NCBI GenBank assembly: GCA_040883225.1
Contig: JBFLKP010000169.1
Coordinates: 1 to 56,526 of the forward strand
Reading direction: 5' to 3'
DNA length: 56,526 nt
Source: Candidatus Limnocylindrales bacterium
GTDB lineage: Bacteria; Chloroflexota; Limnocylindria; Limnocylindrales; CSP1-4
The notes below the pieces were generated by a model. It was not told the origin of the DNA. It ran no database searches and saw nothing but the letters and a program-made list of their open reading frames with translations. The translations under genes were made by a program, and so were the position numbers. Positions 34,679 to 43,918 of the stretch are shown in pieces. The stretch's first letter is position 1, and each line of letters opens with the position of its first letter.

Positions 34679-35530
34679 TCAGCCGCTGGTCCGGACCCGG
34701 TGTGGGAGGGTGTAGACGTTGAAGCGGTCCTCACGCAGGAAGCCGACGAGGGTCACCCGCTGCTCGGCCGCCAGCTCGACCGCGAGGCTGGAGGGTGGGC
34801 CGATGGCGGCCACGAAGGGACAGCCGGCCACGGCAGCCTTCTGCACCAGCTCGAAGCTGGCGCGGCCGCTGAAGAGCAGTCCGTATGCCAGCAGGGGCAG
34901 CGAGCCGTCGGCGAGGTAGCTGCCGATGAGCTTGTCGAGGGCGTTGTGGCGACCCACATCCTCGGCCACGCGCTCGATGTCCCCGGCAGCATCGAAGGTG
35001 GCCGAGGCGTGGATGCCGCCGGTCTGCCGGAAGGCGGCCTGGTGTTCCCGCAGGGCCGCGGGCAACCGGCCGAGGACGTCCGCGCTGACGGTGAACCCGT
35101 CCTTTCCGGCGCGGTCGGGAATGGGCACGCGGACGGCCTCGATCGAGGCCTTGCCGCAGATCCCGCAACTCGAGGCCGTGTACGTGTGGCGCTCCAGCAT
35201 CTCGGGCTCGAACGTCGCCTGCGGCGAGACGCTCACGGCCACGATGTTCTCACCCGCTTCGACCGACTCCACCATGGCCGGGTCGTCGATCACGCCTTCG
35301 CTGAGCAGGAAGCCCAGAGCCAGCGCCCGGTCGTCACCGGGCGTGCGCATGGTCACGGCCACGTTCGTCTCCACGCGCTCGCCCGCCGGCCCGTGGATCA
35401 GCCGGATCTGGAGCGGCTCCTCCACGGTCACGACGTCCGAGGATCGCTCCATCGAACCCTCAGTCACGACGTCGACCTGCACGCGCGCGACCCCGGCGGT
35501 CGCCCCGGCCTGAGGACGGGCCAGCTCCAC
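34679..35530 (-). CDS. fdhD: formate dehydrogenase accessory sulfurtransferase FdhD
   Basis: 283 aa. ASSCGICGKASIE catalytic Cys loop, GGIHASA and VGRHNALDKLIG. GTG start 1 nt after the fdsA stop. Confidence 0.9.
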   Translation of the reverse strand: MELARPQAGATAGVARVQVDVVTEGSMERSSDVVTVEEPLQIRLIHGPAGERVETNVAVTMRTPGDDRALALGFLLSEGVIDDPAMVESVEAGENIVAVSVSPQATFEPEMLERHTYTASSCGICGKASIEAVRVPIPDRAGKDGFTVSADVLGRLPAALREHQAAFRQTGGIHASATFDAAGDIERVAEDVGRHNALDKLIGSYLADGSLPLLAYGLLFSGRASFELVQKAAVAGCPFVAAIGPPSSLAVELAAEQRVTLVGFLREDRFNVYTLPHRVRTSG

Positions 35531-35531
35531 G

Positions 35532-38366
35532 CTAGCGTTCGGCCGGCGCCAGCTCCGCCTGCCTCGCCGCGCGAGCGACGAAGCCCTCCTGCCAGGCCGA
35601 ACGGTGGGTCGCCGGCCGCACCTCGACCGCGGTCACCTTGTACTCGGGGCAGTCGGTGGCCCAGTCCGAGAGCTCGGTGGTGACGACGTTGGTGCCGGTG
35701 TCGGGATGGTGGAAGGTGGTGTAGACGACGCCCGGGGCCACCCGCTCGGTGATCTTCGCCGGCAGCGTGATCTCGCCCATCCGGCTCTGGACCGCCACGA
35801 GGTCGCCCTCGCGGACACCGCGCAGCTCCGCGTCGGCCGGGTGCATCTCGAGGACGTCCTCCTCGAGCCAGGCGATGTTCTCGGTGCGCCGTGTCTGCGC
35901 ACCGACGTTGTACTGGCTGAGGATGCGACCGGTCGTGAGCAGCAGCGGGAACCTCCGATTGGCCCGCTCCTCGGTGGGCTGGTACTCGGTCAGGATGAAC
36001 ATGCCCTTGCCGCGCACGAACTCGTCCACGTGCATGATCGGCGTGCCCTCCGGGGCATCCGCGTTGCAGGGCCACTGCACGCTGCCGTGCTCGTCGAGGA
36101 AGTCGAACGAGACGCCGGCAAAGGTGGGCGTGAGCTCGGCGATCTCGTCCATGATCTGCGAGGCCGACTCGTAGTGCATCTCGTAGCCGAGGGCATTGGC
36201 CAGTGCCTGGGTGACCTCCCACTCGGCCATGCCCGTGAGCGGTTTGGTCACCGGCCGCACGCGGTTGATGCGCCGCTCGGCGTTGATGAAGGTGCCGTCC
36301 TTCTCGAGGAAGCTCGTGCCCGGCAGGAAGACGTGCGCGAACTTGGCCGTCTCGTTGAGGAAGAGGTCCTGTACGACCACGCAGTCCATGTTCTCGAGCG
36401 CCGCTTCCACGTGCTTGGTGTTGGGGTCCGACTGGGCGATGTCCTCGCCCTGGATGTAGATGCCCTTGAACTCGCCGGCCACGGCGCGGTCGAGCATGTT
36501 GGGGATGCGCCAGCCGGGCTCGTCGTGGAGGGTCACACCCCAGGCGGCGTCGAAGGTGGCGCGCACGGCATCATCGCCCACCGGCCGGTAGCCGGGCAGC
36601 TCGTGGGGGAACGAGCCCATGTCGCACGAGCCCTGCACGTTGTTCTGGCCACGCAGCGGGTTCACGCCCACGCCGAAGCGCCCGATGTTGCCGGTGGCCA
36701 TGGCCACGTTGGCCATGGCCATGACCATCGTGGAGCCCTGCGAGTGCTCGGTCACGCCGAGGCCGTAGTAGATGGCCGCGTTGCCGCCGGTGGCGTAGAG
36801 GCGGGCGGCGGCGCGGATGTCCTCAGGAGGCACGCCGATCTCGTCGGCCACGGTCTCGGGTGCGTGCTCGGGACGGGCGACGAACTCGGTCCATTCCCGG
36901 AACGAGACGATGTCGCAGCGGGATTCGATGAAGTCATCGTCGAGCAGGCCCTCGGTCACGATGACGTGGGCGATGGCGTTCATCAGCACCACGTTCGTGC
37001 CCGGCCGCAGCGGCAGGTGGACGTCGGCCTGCGTGTGCGGCGAACGCACCAGTTCCGTCTTTCGCGGGTCGACCACGATGAGCCGGGCTCCCTCGCGCAG
37101 CCGCTTCTTCATCTGTGAGGCGAAGACCGGGTGCGCGTCGGTCGGGTTGGCGCCGATGACCATGATCACGTCGGCCCCCGCGACCGAGTCGAAGTGCTGC
37201 GTCCCGGCGGACGTGCCGTAGGTCTGCTTCAAGCCATAGCCGGTGGGGGAGTGGCAGACGCGCGCACAGGTGTCGACGTTGTTGTTGCCGAAGGCCGCGC
37301 GCACGAGCTTCATGACCAGCCACACCTCCTCGTTGGTGCAGCGCGATGAGGTGATGCCTCCGACGGCGAACCGGCCATGCTCGGCCTGGATGGTCTTCAG
37401 GCGGGCGGCCGCGAACGAGATGGCCTCCTCCCACGAGACCTCCCGCCAGGGTTCGTCGATGGAGTCGCGGATCAGCGGGCTCGTGACACGGTCCCTGTGG
37501 TTGGCGTAGCCCCAGGCGAAGCGGCCCTTGACGCAGGCGTGGCCGTGGTTGGCCGCCCCGTCCTTGTAGGGGACCATGCGCACGACCTGGTCGCCCTTGA
37601 GCTCCGCCTTGAGCGAGCAGCCGACACCGCAGTAGGCGCAGGTGGTCACGACCGTGCGGTCGGGCACGCCGTGCTCCACGACCGACTTCTCCTGCAGCGT
37701 GGCCGTCGGGCAGGCCGCGACGCAGGCGCCGCAGCTGACGCAGTCCGAGGACATGAAGTCGACCGCGCCCGTGGCGATCTGGGAGTCGAAGCCGCGGCCC
37801 AACACCGTCAACGCGAAGGTGCCCTGCACCTCGTTGCACGAGCGCACGCAACGCGAGCACATGATGCACTTCGAGGGGTCGAAGTCGAAGTACGGGTTGG
37901 AGTGATCGGTGGCCATCTCGAGGTGCGTGGCCTTGGCCTGGTAGCGCACGTCACGGAGCCCGACCGCACCGGCCTGGTCCTGCAGCTCGCAATCGCCGTT
38001 GGCCGAGCAGGTCAGGCAGTCGAGCGGGTGATCGGAGATGTACAGCTCCATCACGCCCTTGCGGATCTTGGCCAGCGCTGGCGTCTGCGTGCGCACGACC
38101 ATGCCCTCGCGCACCGGTTCCGTGCAGGAGGCCTTGAAGCCCGGGCGGCCCTCGACCTCGACCATGCACAGGCGGCAGGAGCCGAAGGCCTTGACCGTGT
38201 CGGTGGCGCAGAGCCGGGGGATGTTCACGCCGGCCTCGCTGGCGGCGCGCATGACCGACGTGCCGGCGGCGGCTTCGACCGCGATGCCATCGATCTCCAG
38301 GCGCACCGGGGCGGCGCCGTTGGTCTTCGGCGCCGGGGTGCCGTGGTCGAGCTCGATCAGGCGCAT
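35532..38366 (-). CDS. fdsA: NAD-dependent formate dehydrogenase alpha subunit (FdsA/FdhF-type molybdopterin enzyme, Cys type)
   Basis: 944 aa. N-terminal 2Fe-2S/4Fe-4S modules (GSCRLCMVEV; CIMCSRCVRSC; CVSCGACVAACP; TTCAYCGVGC). The active-site region ARVCHSPT has Cys where selenoenzymes have Sec. No in-frame TGA. Confidence 0.9.
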   Translation of the reverse strand: MRLIELDHGTPAPKTNGAAPVRLEIDGIAVEAAAGTSVMRAASEAGVNIPRLCATDTVKAFGSCRLCMVEVEGRPGFKASCTEPVREGMVVRTQTPALAKIRKGVMELYISDHPLDCLTCSANGDCELQDQAGAVGLRDVRYQAKATHLEMATDHSNPYFDFDPSKCIMCSRCVRSCNEVQGTFALTVLGRGFDSQIATGAVDFMSSDCVSCGACVAACPTATLQEKSVVEHGVPDRTVVTTCAYCGVGCSLKAELKGDQVVRMVPYKDGAANHGHACVKGRFAWGYANHRDRVTSPLIRDSIDEPWREVSWEEAISFAAARLKTIQAEHGRFAVGGITSSRCTNEEVWLVMKLVRAAFGNNNVDTCARVCHSPTGYGLKQTYGTSAGTQHFDSVAGADVIMVIGANPTDAHPVFASQMKKRLREGARLIVVDPRKTELVRSPHTQADVHLPLRPGTNVVLMNAIAHVIVTEGLLDDDFIESRCDIVSFREWTEFVARPEHAPETVADEIGVPPEDIRAAARLYATGGNAAIYYGLGVTEHSQGSTMVMAMANVAMATGNIGRFGVGVNPLRGQNNVQGSCDMGSFPHELPGYRPVGDDAVRATFDAAWGVTLHDEPGWRIPNMLDRAVAGEFKGIYIQGEDIAQSDPNTKHVEAALENMDCVVVQDLFLNETAKFAHVFLPGTSFLEKDGTFINAERRINRVRPVTKPLTGMAEWEVTQALANALGYEMHYESASQIMDEIAELTPTFAGVSFDFLDEHGSVQWPCNADAPEGTPIMHVDEFVRGKGMFILTEYQPTEERANRRFPLLLTTGRILSQYNVGAQTRRTENIAWLEEDVLEMHPADAELRGVREGDLVAVQSRMGEITLPAKITERVAPGVVYTTFHHPDTGTNVVTTELSDWATDCPEYKVTAVEVRPATHRSAWQEGFVARAARQAELAPAER

Positions 38367-38367
38367 G

Positions 38368-39828
38368 TCAACGATCCTCCGCCCCCAGTTGCCCGAAGTC
38401 CTCGGGGAAGGACTCGAGCGCGCTGCGGACGGGCTTCGGTGTCATGCTGCCCATCGCGCAGAGACTGGAACTCTCCAGCACCGTGCACAAGTCGTCAAGC
38501 AGGACGAACCGATCCGGGCCCGCGCCGGCCTGGATCTGCTCCATCAGCTCCACGCCGCGGACCGAGCCGATGCGACAGGGCGTGCACTTGCCGCACGACT
38601 CCTCGGCACAGAACTCGAAGGCGTAGCGCGCTTGCTGTGCCATGTCCACGGTGTCATCGAAGACGACCACGCCGCCATGGCCGATCTCGGCGCCGACCTC
38701 GCGTAGGGCCTCGTAGGTCATGGGGATGTCGAAGTGCTTCGGCGTGAGATAGGCGCCCAGCGGGCCGCCCACCTGCACCGCGCGTACCGGCCGGCCGCTG
38801 CGGGTGCCGCCGCCCCAGTGCTCCACGAGCTCGCCGAGCGTGACGCCGAACTCCAGCTCATAGAGCCCGCCGCGCTTGACGTTGCCGGCGAGCTGGAAGG
38901 GCATGGTGCCGGTCGACGGGGCGACGCCGAGGGCCGCGTAGGCCGCGCCGCCGTTGCGCACGATCCAGGGCACAGCGCAGAGCGTGAGCACGTTGTTGAC
39001 GACCGTCGGCTTGCCGTAGAGGCCGCGCACGGCCATGGGCGGCGGCTTCACGCGGATCTCGCCGCGCTTGCCCTCCAGCGACTCGAGGAGGGAGGTGGCC
39101 TCACCGCAGATGTAGGCGCCGGCACCGACGAAGAGCTCGATGTCGAAGCCCTCACCGAGGATCCCACGTGCTCGCGCGACCGCGATGGCCTCCTCGAGCA
39201 CCTGGGCGGCGACGGGGTACTCGGAGCGCAGGTAGATGACGCCGCGTGTGGCGCCAAAGGCCCGACCCGCCAGCTGCATGCCCTCGAGCAGCAGGAAGGG
39301 GTCGCCCTCCATGATCAGCCGGTCGGCGAAGGTGCCCGAGTCACCCTCGTCGGCGTTGGCCACGATGTACTTCTGCTCGGCGTCCTGCTCGGCAGCGGTC
39401 TGCCACTTGCGACCGGCGGGGAAACCGGCGCCGCCGTACCCGCGGAGGCCCGAGCGGGTGACCTCGTCGAGGATCGTGCCCGGCTCCGCGTCCAGCGTGT
39501 CGTAGCCGCCGGCCGCGACATAGGCCTCGAGGTCGGTGGGCTCGTAGGCGCCGCAGTTGCCGAAGATGACGCGCGTCTGCCCTTCCAGCAGCTCGTCGAC
39601 GAGGCCCAGCTCCGACGCGGCCAGCCGTCCCGTCGCGTCGGGGCTGATAGGTCCGAAGGCCGTGCGCCGGCCGTCACGCTCGAGCTCGACCATGGGCTCG
39701 GCCCAGAGCAGGCCGCGCGAGCCGTTTCGGGCGACGTCGGCGCCGCTTGCGGCGAGGGCGCGGGCGACATCGGCCGCACCCAGGGCGGCCGCCACCGAGT
39801 CGAGCGGAACGAAGGCGCGGTCGATCAT
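38368..39828 (-). CDS. fdsB: formate dehydrogenase beta subunit (FdsB, NuoF-like NAD/FMN/4Fe-4S)
   Basis: 487 aa from ATG 39828. GYGGAGFPAGRKW and ESCGKCTPCRIG motifs. Only the 3' half of the 1016-aa track ORF is used. Confidence 0.9.
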   Translation of the reverse strand: MIDRAFVPLDSVAAALGAADVARALAASGADVARNGSRGLLWAEPMVELERDGRRTAFGPISPDATGRLAASELGLVDELLEGQTRVIFGNCGAYEPTDLEAYVAAGGYDTLDAEPGTILDEVTRSGLRGYGGAGFPAGRKWQTAAEQDAEQKYIVANADEGDSGTFADRLIMEGDPFLLLEGMQLAGRAFGATRGVIYLRSEYPVAAQVLEEAIAVARARGILGEGFDIELFVGAGAYICGEATSLLESLEGKRGEIRVKPPPMAVRGLYGKPTVVNNVLTLCAVPWIVRNGGAAYAALGVAPSTGTMPFQLAGNVKRGGLYELEFGVTLGELVEHWGGGTRSGRPVRAVQVGGPLGAYLTPKHFDIPMTYEALREVGAEIGHGGVVVFDDTVDMAQQARYAFEFCAEESCGKCTPCRIGSVRGVELMEQIQAGAGPDRFVLLDDLCTVLESSSLCAMGSMTPKPVRSALESFPEDFGQLGAEDR

Positions 39829-40307
39829 GGCTGCACCTTCTGCACCACGCGCTCGATGGCCCCGTCCGCATCGGCGATGAGCTCGCCGTCGACCATCAGC
39901 GCCGGAGCTCGGGCGCAGAGGCCGAGGCAGTAGACGGCGTCCAGCTCCACACGGCGATCGGGAGTGGCGTGGCCGAGGCTGGTGCCGAGTCGCTCGCCCA
40001 GGGTCTGCGTCAGGGCCCGGGAGCCGGCAGCCTGGCAGGCCTCGGCCTGGCACACGCGGACGATGTGATCCGCAGGCGGCTGGGTACGGAAGTCGGCGTA
40101 GAAGGCGACCAGGCCACGGACCTCCGCGCGGCTGAGGTTGAAGACGTCGGCTACAGCCTCGATGCCCTCCGGCCTGATCCAGCCATCCTGGCCCTGGATG
40201 GCGCGGAGCGCCGTCAGCGGGCCCCCGATGGCGTTGACCAGGGGAGCGATGAGAGAGCGCAGTTCGTCGCCGGACGCAGCGCTCGCGGCGGCGATCGCGG
40301 ATGCCAT
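39825..40307 (-). CDS. fdsG: formate dehydrogenase gamma subunit (FdsG, NuoE-like 2Fe-2S)
   Basis: 160 aa. VCQAEACQ ... CLGLCARAP cysteine pattern. ATGA overlap with fdsB. Confidence 0.85.
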   Translation of the reverse strand: MASAIAAASAASGDELRSLIAPLVNAIGGPLTALRAIQGQDGWIRPEGIEAVADVFNLSRAEVRGLVAFYADFRTQPPADHIVRVCQAEACQAAGSRALTQTLGERLGTSLGHATPDRRVELDAVYCLGLCARAPALMVDGELIADADGAIERVVQKVQP

Positions 40308-40401
40308 CGTCGGAGCATATCAGGGCAAAACCGGGTCCCGCGCAGGGCCCTATGGCCTGTAGCATGGCTCCCATCCAACCGTCTGCGAGGAGGGCGTCCA
40401 G

Positions 40402-41364
40402 GTGCTCAAGTGGAACGATCCGAGGGGAAGGAAGACATCGCGAGTCGTGGCCGTGGTGGCGACCGCAGCGCTGGCGGCCGGGACGATCCCGGCCGGCGCG
40501 ATCGCGCAGGATGCTGCCACGTACTACGGGTGCCTGACGCCCGAGTCGCTGCTGGTGGACGTGGGTGTCGGCGAGGCGCCGGCGGGGCACTGCGCCGCCG
40601 GCGACACGCTCATCGCCTGGAACGAGGTCGGCCCCCAGGGCGACCAGGGTGATCCCGGCCCAGCTGGCGACCCTGGCCCGGCCGGGGAAGCCGGGCCCAA
40701 GGGCGACCCCGGCCCGCAGGGTGACCCGGGCCCGCAGGGTGACCCGGGTCCGCAGGGTGAGCCCGGCCCGGCTGGCGACCCCGGCCCGCAGGGTGACCCG
40801 GGCCCGCAAGGCGAGCCCGGCCCGGCTGGGGATGCTGGCCCGCAGGGTGAGCCCGGCCCGGCTGGGGATCCCGGCCCGCAGGGTGACCCGGGTCCGCAAG
40901 GCGAGCCCGGCCCCCAGGGTGAGCCCGGCCCGCAGGGTGACCCGGGTCCGCAAGGCGAGCCCGGCCCGGCTGGAGAGCCCGGCCCGCAGGGCGAGCCAGG
41001 TCCACAAGGCGAACAGGGTCCACAAGGCGAACAGGGTCCACAAGGCGAGCCCGGCGAGTCCGTCGAGGGTGCCAGTGGCTACGCGCGCATCGCTCGCAAC
41101 GCCCGCCGCGTCATCGTGGACCCGGGTGTCGACATCACCCCGGGCACGGTCATCGTGGCCACGCCATTCGTGAACCTGCGTGATCGCGCGTATTGGGTCA
41201 CCCGCGATCTCGAGGGCGACACCTTCACCATCCGGATGTCGAACACTCGCGGCACGCCTACGCCTTTCGGCTGGGTGATCGTCGAGAACGACATGCTCCG
41301 TGAGGCGGTCGAAGCCGCCGCCCAGGCCGCCGCCGACGCCCAGGCCGACGCCGCCGAGGAGTGA
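40402..41364 (+). CDS. secreted collagen-like triple-helix repeat protein
   Basis: 320 aa. GTG start with GAGGAGGG upstream. Signal peptide ([21 protein letters not shown]). 48 uninterrupted Gly-X-Y triplets (residues 77-220), then a roughly 100-aa non-repetitive C-terminal domain with an Ala/Asp/Glu tail. Confidence 0.8.
   Translation: MLKWNDPRGRKTSRVVAVVATAALAAGTIPAGAIAQDAATYYGCLTPESLLVDVGVGEAPAGHCAAGDTLIAWNEVGPQGDQGDPGPAGDPGPAGEAGPKGDPGPQGDPGPQGDPGPQGEPGPAGDPGPQGDPGPQGEPGPAGDAGPQGEPGPAGDPGPQGDPGPQGEPGPQGEPGPQGDPGPQGEPGPAGEPGPQGEPGPQGEQGPQGEQGPQGEPGESVEGASGYARIARNARRVIVDPGVDITPGTVIVATPFVNLRDRAYWVTRDLEGDTFTIRMSNTRGTPTPFGWVIVENDMLREAVEAAAQAAADAQADAAEE
40630..41061 (+). repeat. coding tandem repeat (9/18-nt periodic) encoding (GPQ/GPA/GDP/GEP)n
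   Basis: Units such as ggtgacccgggcccgcag and ggcgagcccggcccggct recur throughout. 48 x 9 nt = 432 nt. Confidence 0.95.
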
Positions 41365-41543
41365 TCGAGCCCACAGCCTGATTTGGCCCGAGCCGCCCGG
41401 CGTCCGAGCGAGGTCCATGGGGGCACGCTCGGGCGTCGCCGTGCCCGGCGTCGTGCCCGAGAGCGACCAGTGCCGACGGCGACCCGATGTGGTCCCGGGA
41501 CCGACGTCGGGGCGCCTGGCCCCTCGTCTCGCCTCCGGCCCTG

Positions 41544-41951
41544 CTAGCCGACCGTCCCGGCGGCCCAGCGGGCGAGCTTCATGTCCTCTTCCTCGGGCAG
41601 GCCGCTGATGCCGATACCCCCGATGACCTCGTCGTCGACGACGAGCGGTACGCCCCCGCCCCAGCCGACATAGCCAAGCTCACCGAAGTTGGTGAGCGGA
41701 AAGTCCTCGGCCCGAGCGGCGTCGCCGAGCGCGCGCGACTCCTTCCGCTCGCGCGCGGCGGTGAAGGCCTTGGAGATGGCGATCTTGATCGATGGGAGCG
41801 GGCAGCCCTCGGTGCGCAGGAACGCGACCAGCTCGCCGTGCGCGTCCACGACCGCGACCGCCGCGCCGAGGCCATCAGCCTCGAGCTTGTCAGCGACGGC
41901 GCCCACGAGCTCGCGCGACTCCTGGTATCCGATCTCACGGCGTGTCGGCAT
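41544..41951 (-). CDS. GlcG/HbpS-like haem-binding (DUF336) protein
   Basis: 135 aa. AVAVVDAHGELVAF, SIKIAISKAFTAA and GGGVPLVVDDEVIGGIGISG. Confidence 0.8.
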   Translation of the reverse strand: MPTRREIGYQESRELVGAVADKLEADGLGAAVAVVDAHGELVAFLRTEGCPLPSIKIAISKAFTAARERKESRALGDAARAEDFPLTNFGELGYVGWGGGVPLVVDDEVIGGIGISGLPEEEDMKLARWAAGTVG

Positions 41952-41999
41952 GCGGGTCCCTCCTGGCTGTCCTGTCGGTCGTCCAAGCCGCCCCGGCCA

Positions 42000-42563
42000 T
42001 CAGAAGGGCAGGTCCTTGGGCCAGGGTGCGAGGTAAGGCTCAGGCTCGTCCTCGAGCTTGAAGCCGTTGGCCTTGTAGGCCTCGTAGTCGAAGTTCTCGG
42101 TCTCCTCGTAGCCCACGACGTGGAACTCGTCGAACCCCTCCCACTCCTCGTAGCCCTCGCCGAAGGAGCTCTCGAGGAAGGCGTCAGCCATGGCCATACC
42201 CAGGTTGGGTGCCGTCCACAGCGCGCCCATGGCCAGCACGTTGCAGTTGTTGCCGGTGGCCGCGCGCTTGGCCGATGACACGCTCTCGCAGACCGCCGCG
42301 TGCACGTGGGGGACCTTGCCGGCGGCGATGTGGATGCCCATGCCGGTGCCACAGAAGGCCAGGCCCTTCTCGTACTCGCGCTCCGCGATCTTGGCGCCGA
42401 GCATGAACCCTGCCCGGTGATACATCGGCGTCGTGTCCTGGTCCGGCGTGAGGTCCTCGACCGTCCAGCCCTTGTGCTGGAGGTGCTCCTTGACGGCCTC
42501 CTTCAGCGGGTAGCCCGCGAAGTCGGCAGCCATCACCACGTGCTTGTCCCTGGTCGTCTTCAT
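42000..42563 (-). CDS. RpiB/LacA/LacB-family sugar-phosphate isomerase with acidic C-terminal extension
   Basis: 187 aa. GLAFCGTGMGIHIAAGKVPHVHAA contains the catalytic Cys context. About 40 extra acidic/aromatic residues at the C-terminus. Confidence 0.8.
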   Translation of the reverse strand: MKTTRDKHVVMAADFAGYPLKEAVKEHLQHKGWTVEDLTPDQDTTPMYHRAGFMLGAKIAEREYEKGLAFCGTGMGIHIAAGKVPHVHAAVCESVSSAKRAATGNNCNVLAMGALWTAPNLGMAMADAFLESSFGEGYEEWEGFDEFHVVGYEETENFDYEAYKANGFKLEDEPEPYLAPWPKDLPF

Positions 42564-42660
42564 CCGGTCCTGATCCTCCCCGAGGGCGCATGCGAGCGGC
42601 GACGCAGCGTCGCCGGTGTCATCGTTTACATGGCATGGTACGCCCGCCTTGGGCGGTGCA

Positions 42661-43314
42661 CTAGCCGAGGGCCCGGAGTCGATCGGGTGTGACCTCGGTG
42701 AGCGAGCGCACGACCAGGTGGGCGCGTGCGAGCTTCTCCGCTGCCGGGGGGAACCGGGGGTCCGGGACGGCCACGACCTTCATGCCGGCGTCGGCGCCGC
42801 TGAGGATGCCGTTGCCCGAGTCCTCGAGGCAGACGCAGTCGGCGGGGTCGAGACCCAAGCGCTCGGCCGCCGCGAGGTAGACGTCCGGCGCCGGCTTGCC
42901 GCGGCCGACATCGTCGGCGGCCACGATGACCTCGAAGCGGTCGCGCATCGGCGGATCGGCGGTGACCGTCTCGATGAGCGTGGGGTGAGAGCCGGAGGCG
43001 AGGGCGGTGCGGAAGGCGGATGCCGCAGCCTCGACCAACTCCACCGCTCCGGGGAAGTAGGGCACGCCCGCTCGATACATCTCGACCATGTGTCCGATGA
43101 CCGCGTCGATGACCTCCTGCCGTGACAACGTCAGCTCCAGGCGCTCGATCATGTAGTCGGCCCATTCCTCGGTGCTGACGCCCATGACCGCGTGGTGGTC
43201 GTTCGAGCCCCAGGGCTTGCCGGCCTGGTCGGCCATCCACTTACGGGCCTCGTCCCAGACCGGCTCCGAATCGACCAGCAGGCCGTCCATGTCGAAGATG
43301 ATCGCCTGGATCAC
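42661..43314 (-). CDS. HAD-IA family hydrolase (beta-phosphoglucomutase/phosphatase-like)
   Basis: 217 aa. IIFDMDGLLVDSE (DxD), SGS, KPAPDVY and EDSGNG motifs. Confidence 0.85.
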   Translation of the reverse strand: MIQAIIFDMDGLLVDSEPVWDEARKWMADQAGKPWGSNDHHAVMGVSTEEWADYMIERLELTLSRQEVIDAVIGHMVEMYRAGVPYFPGAVELVEAAASAFRTALASGSHPTLIETVTADPPMRDRFEVIVAADDVGRGKPAPDVYLAAAERLGLDPADCVCLEDSGNGILSGADAGMKVVAVPDPRFPPAAEKLARAHLVVRSLTEVTPDRLRALG

Positions 43315-43356
43315 TGGTCCCTCCCGATGCTGCCGTGGTAAGGACCACGATAGCGG

Positions 43357-43875
43357 CTAGAACGGCGGCGTCAGCCCGTAGCGCTCGATGACGTCGCCGA
43401 GCCAGTCGGGCTCCGCGAACGGCAGCTCATAGCGGCTGGCCAGCTCCATGAGCTCCGGTGGTGTGGGGCGACCCTGGGCATTGGCTGCCGCAAGCTCCCG
43501 GAAGAACTTGTCGAACCCGGCCGGGGTGATGATCTCCACCATGCGGGCTGGCACGTCGCCGGCGTTCCACATGGCATGGACCTCGCCGCGCGGCTTGACG
43601 ATGTAGCCGCCGGGCGCGAGCACGGCCTCGCGATCGTCCGAGCGGAAGCCGATGCGTCCCTCGAGGACGATGGAGACCTCGTCCTCGCGGTGGTGGACGT
43701 GAGGTGGGACCAGCGCTCCCACCTCGAACGGGTGCTCGACCACGGATACGCGCCCGCCGACGTCCTCGGCGTCGATCTTGAACTGGACTCCGACGCCCGG
43801 CCCCAGGATCCCCGTGTCGCCCTCGCCGGGCTGGACCACCTTGAGCTGGGTCGGTGTCTCGAGCTGGTGGACCAT
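43357..43875 (-). CDS. cupin-domain protein
   Basis: 172 aa from ATG 43875, with AGGAGG 7 nt upstream. PPHVHHREDEVSIVLEG ... GEVHAMWN metal-binding motifs. Confidence 0.7.
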   Translation of the reverse strand: MVHQLETPTQLKVVQPGEGDTGILGPGVGVQFKIDAEDVGGRVSVVEHPFEVGALVPPHVHHREDEVSIVLEGRIGFRSDDREAVLAPGGYIVKPRGEVHAMWNAGDVPARMVEIITPAGFDKFFRELAAANAQGRPTPPELMELASRYELPFAEPDWLGDVIERYGLTPPF

Positions 43876-43918
43876 GGTTTGACCTCCTATTACGGTGAAC
43901 AGCCGCGTATACTGAAGC

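Noticed and set aside
35532-38366. Possible selenocysteine (TGA recoding/SECIS) in the formate dehydrogenase alpha subunit.
   Set aside because: The ORF is uninterrupted, and the active-site position reads Cys (ARVCHSPT). No in-frame TGA is present.
40630-41061. The regular short repeats could be mistaken for a CRISPR array or a non-coding satellite.
   Set aside because: The period is 9 or 18 nt with no unique spacers. The repeats lie in frame within an ORF that has a signal peptide and encode perfect Gly-X-Y triplets. No cas genes are present.
38368-41418. A 1016-aa minus-strand ORF, the longest in the track, looks like a giant fusion protein with Arg/Ala/Gly/Leu repeats.
   Set aside because: Only the 3' 487 codons (from ATG 39828) are FdsB. 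Between 39825 and 40307 a different frame encodes FdsG. The region 40610-41060 is simply the antisense reading of the collagen-like Gly-X-Y repeat (RAGLxLR periodicity). The remainder is Arg/Gly-rich shadow sequence.
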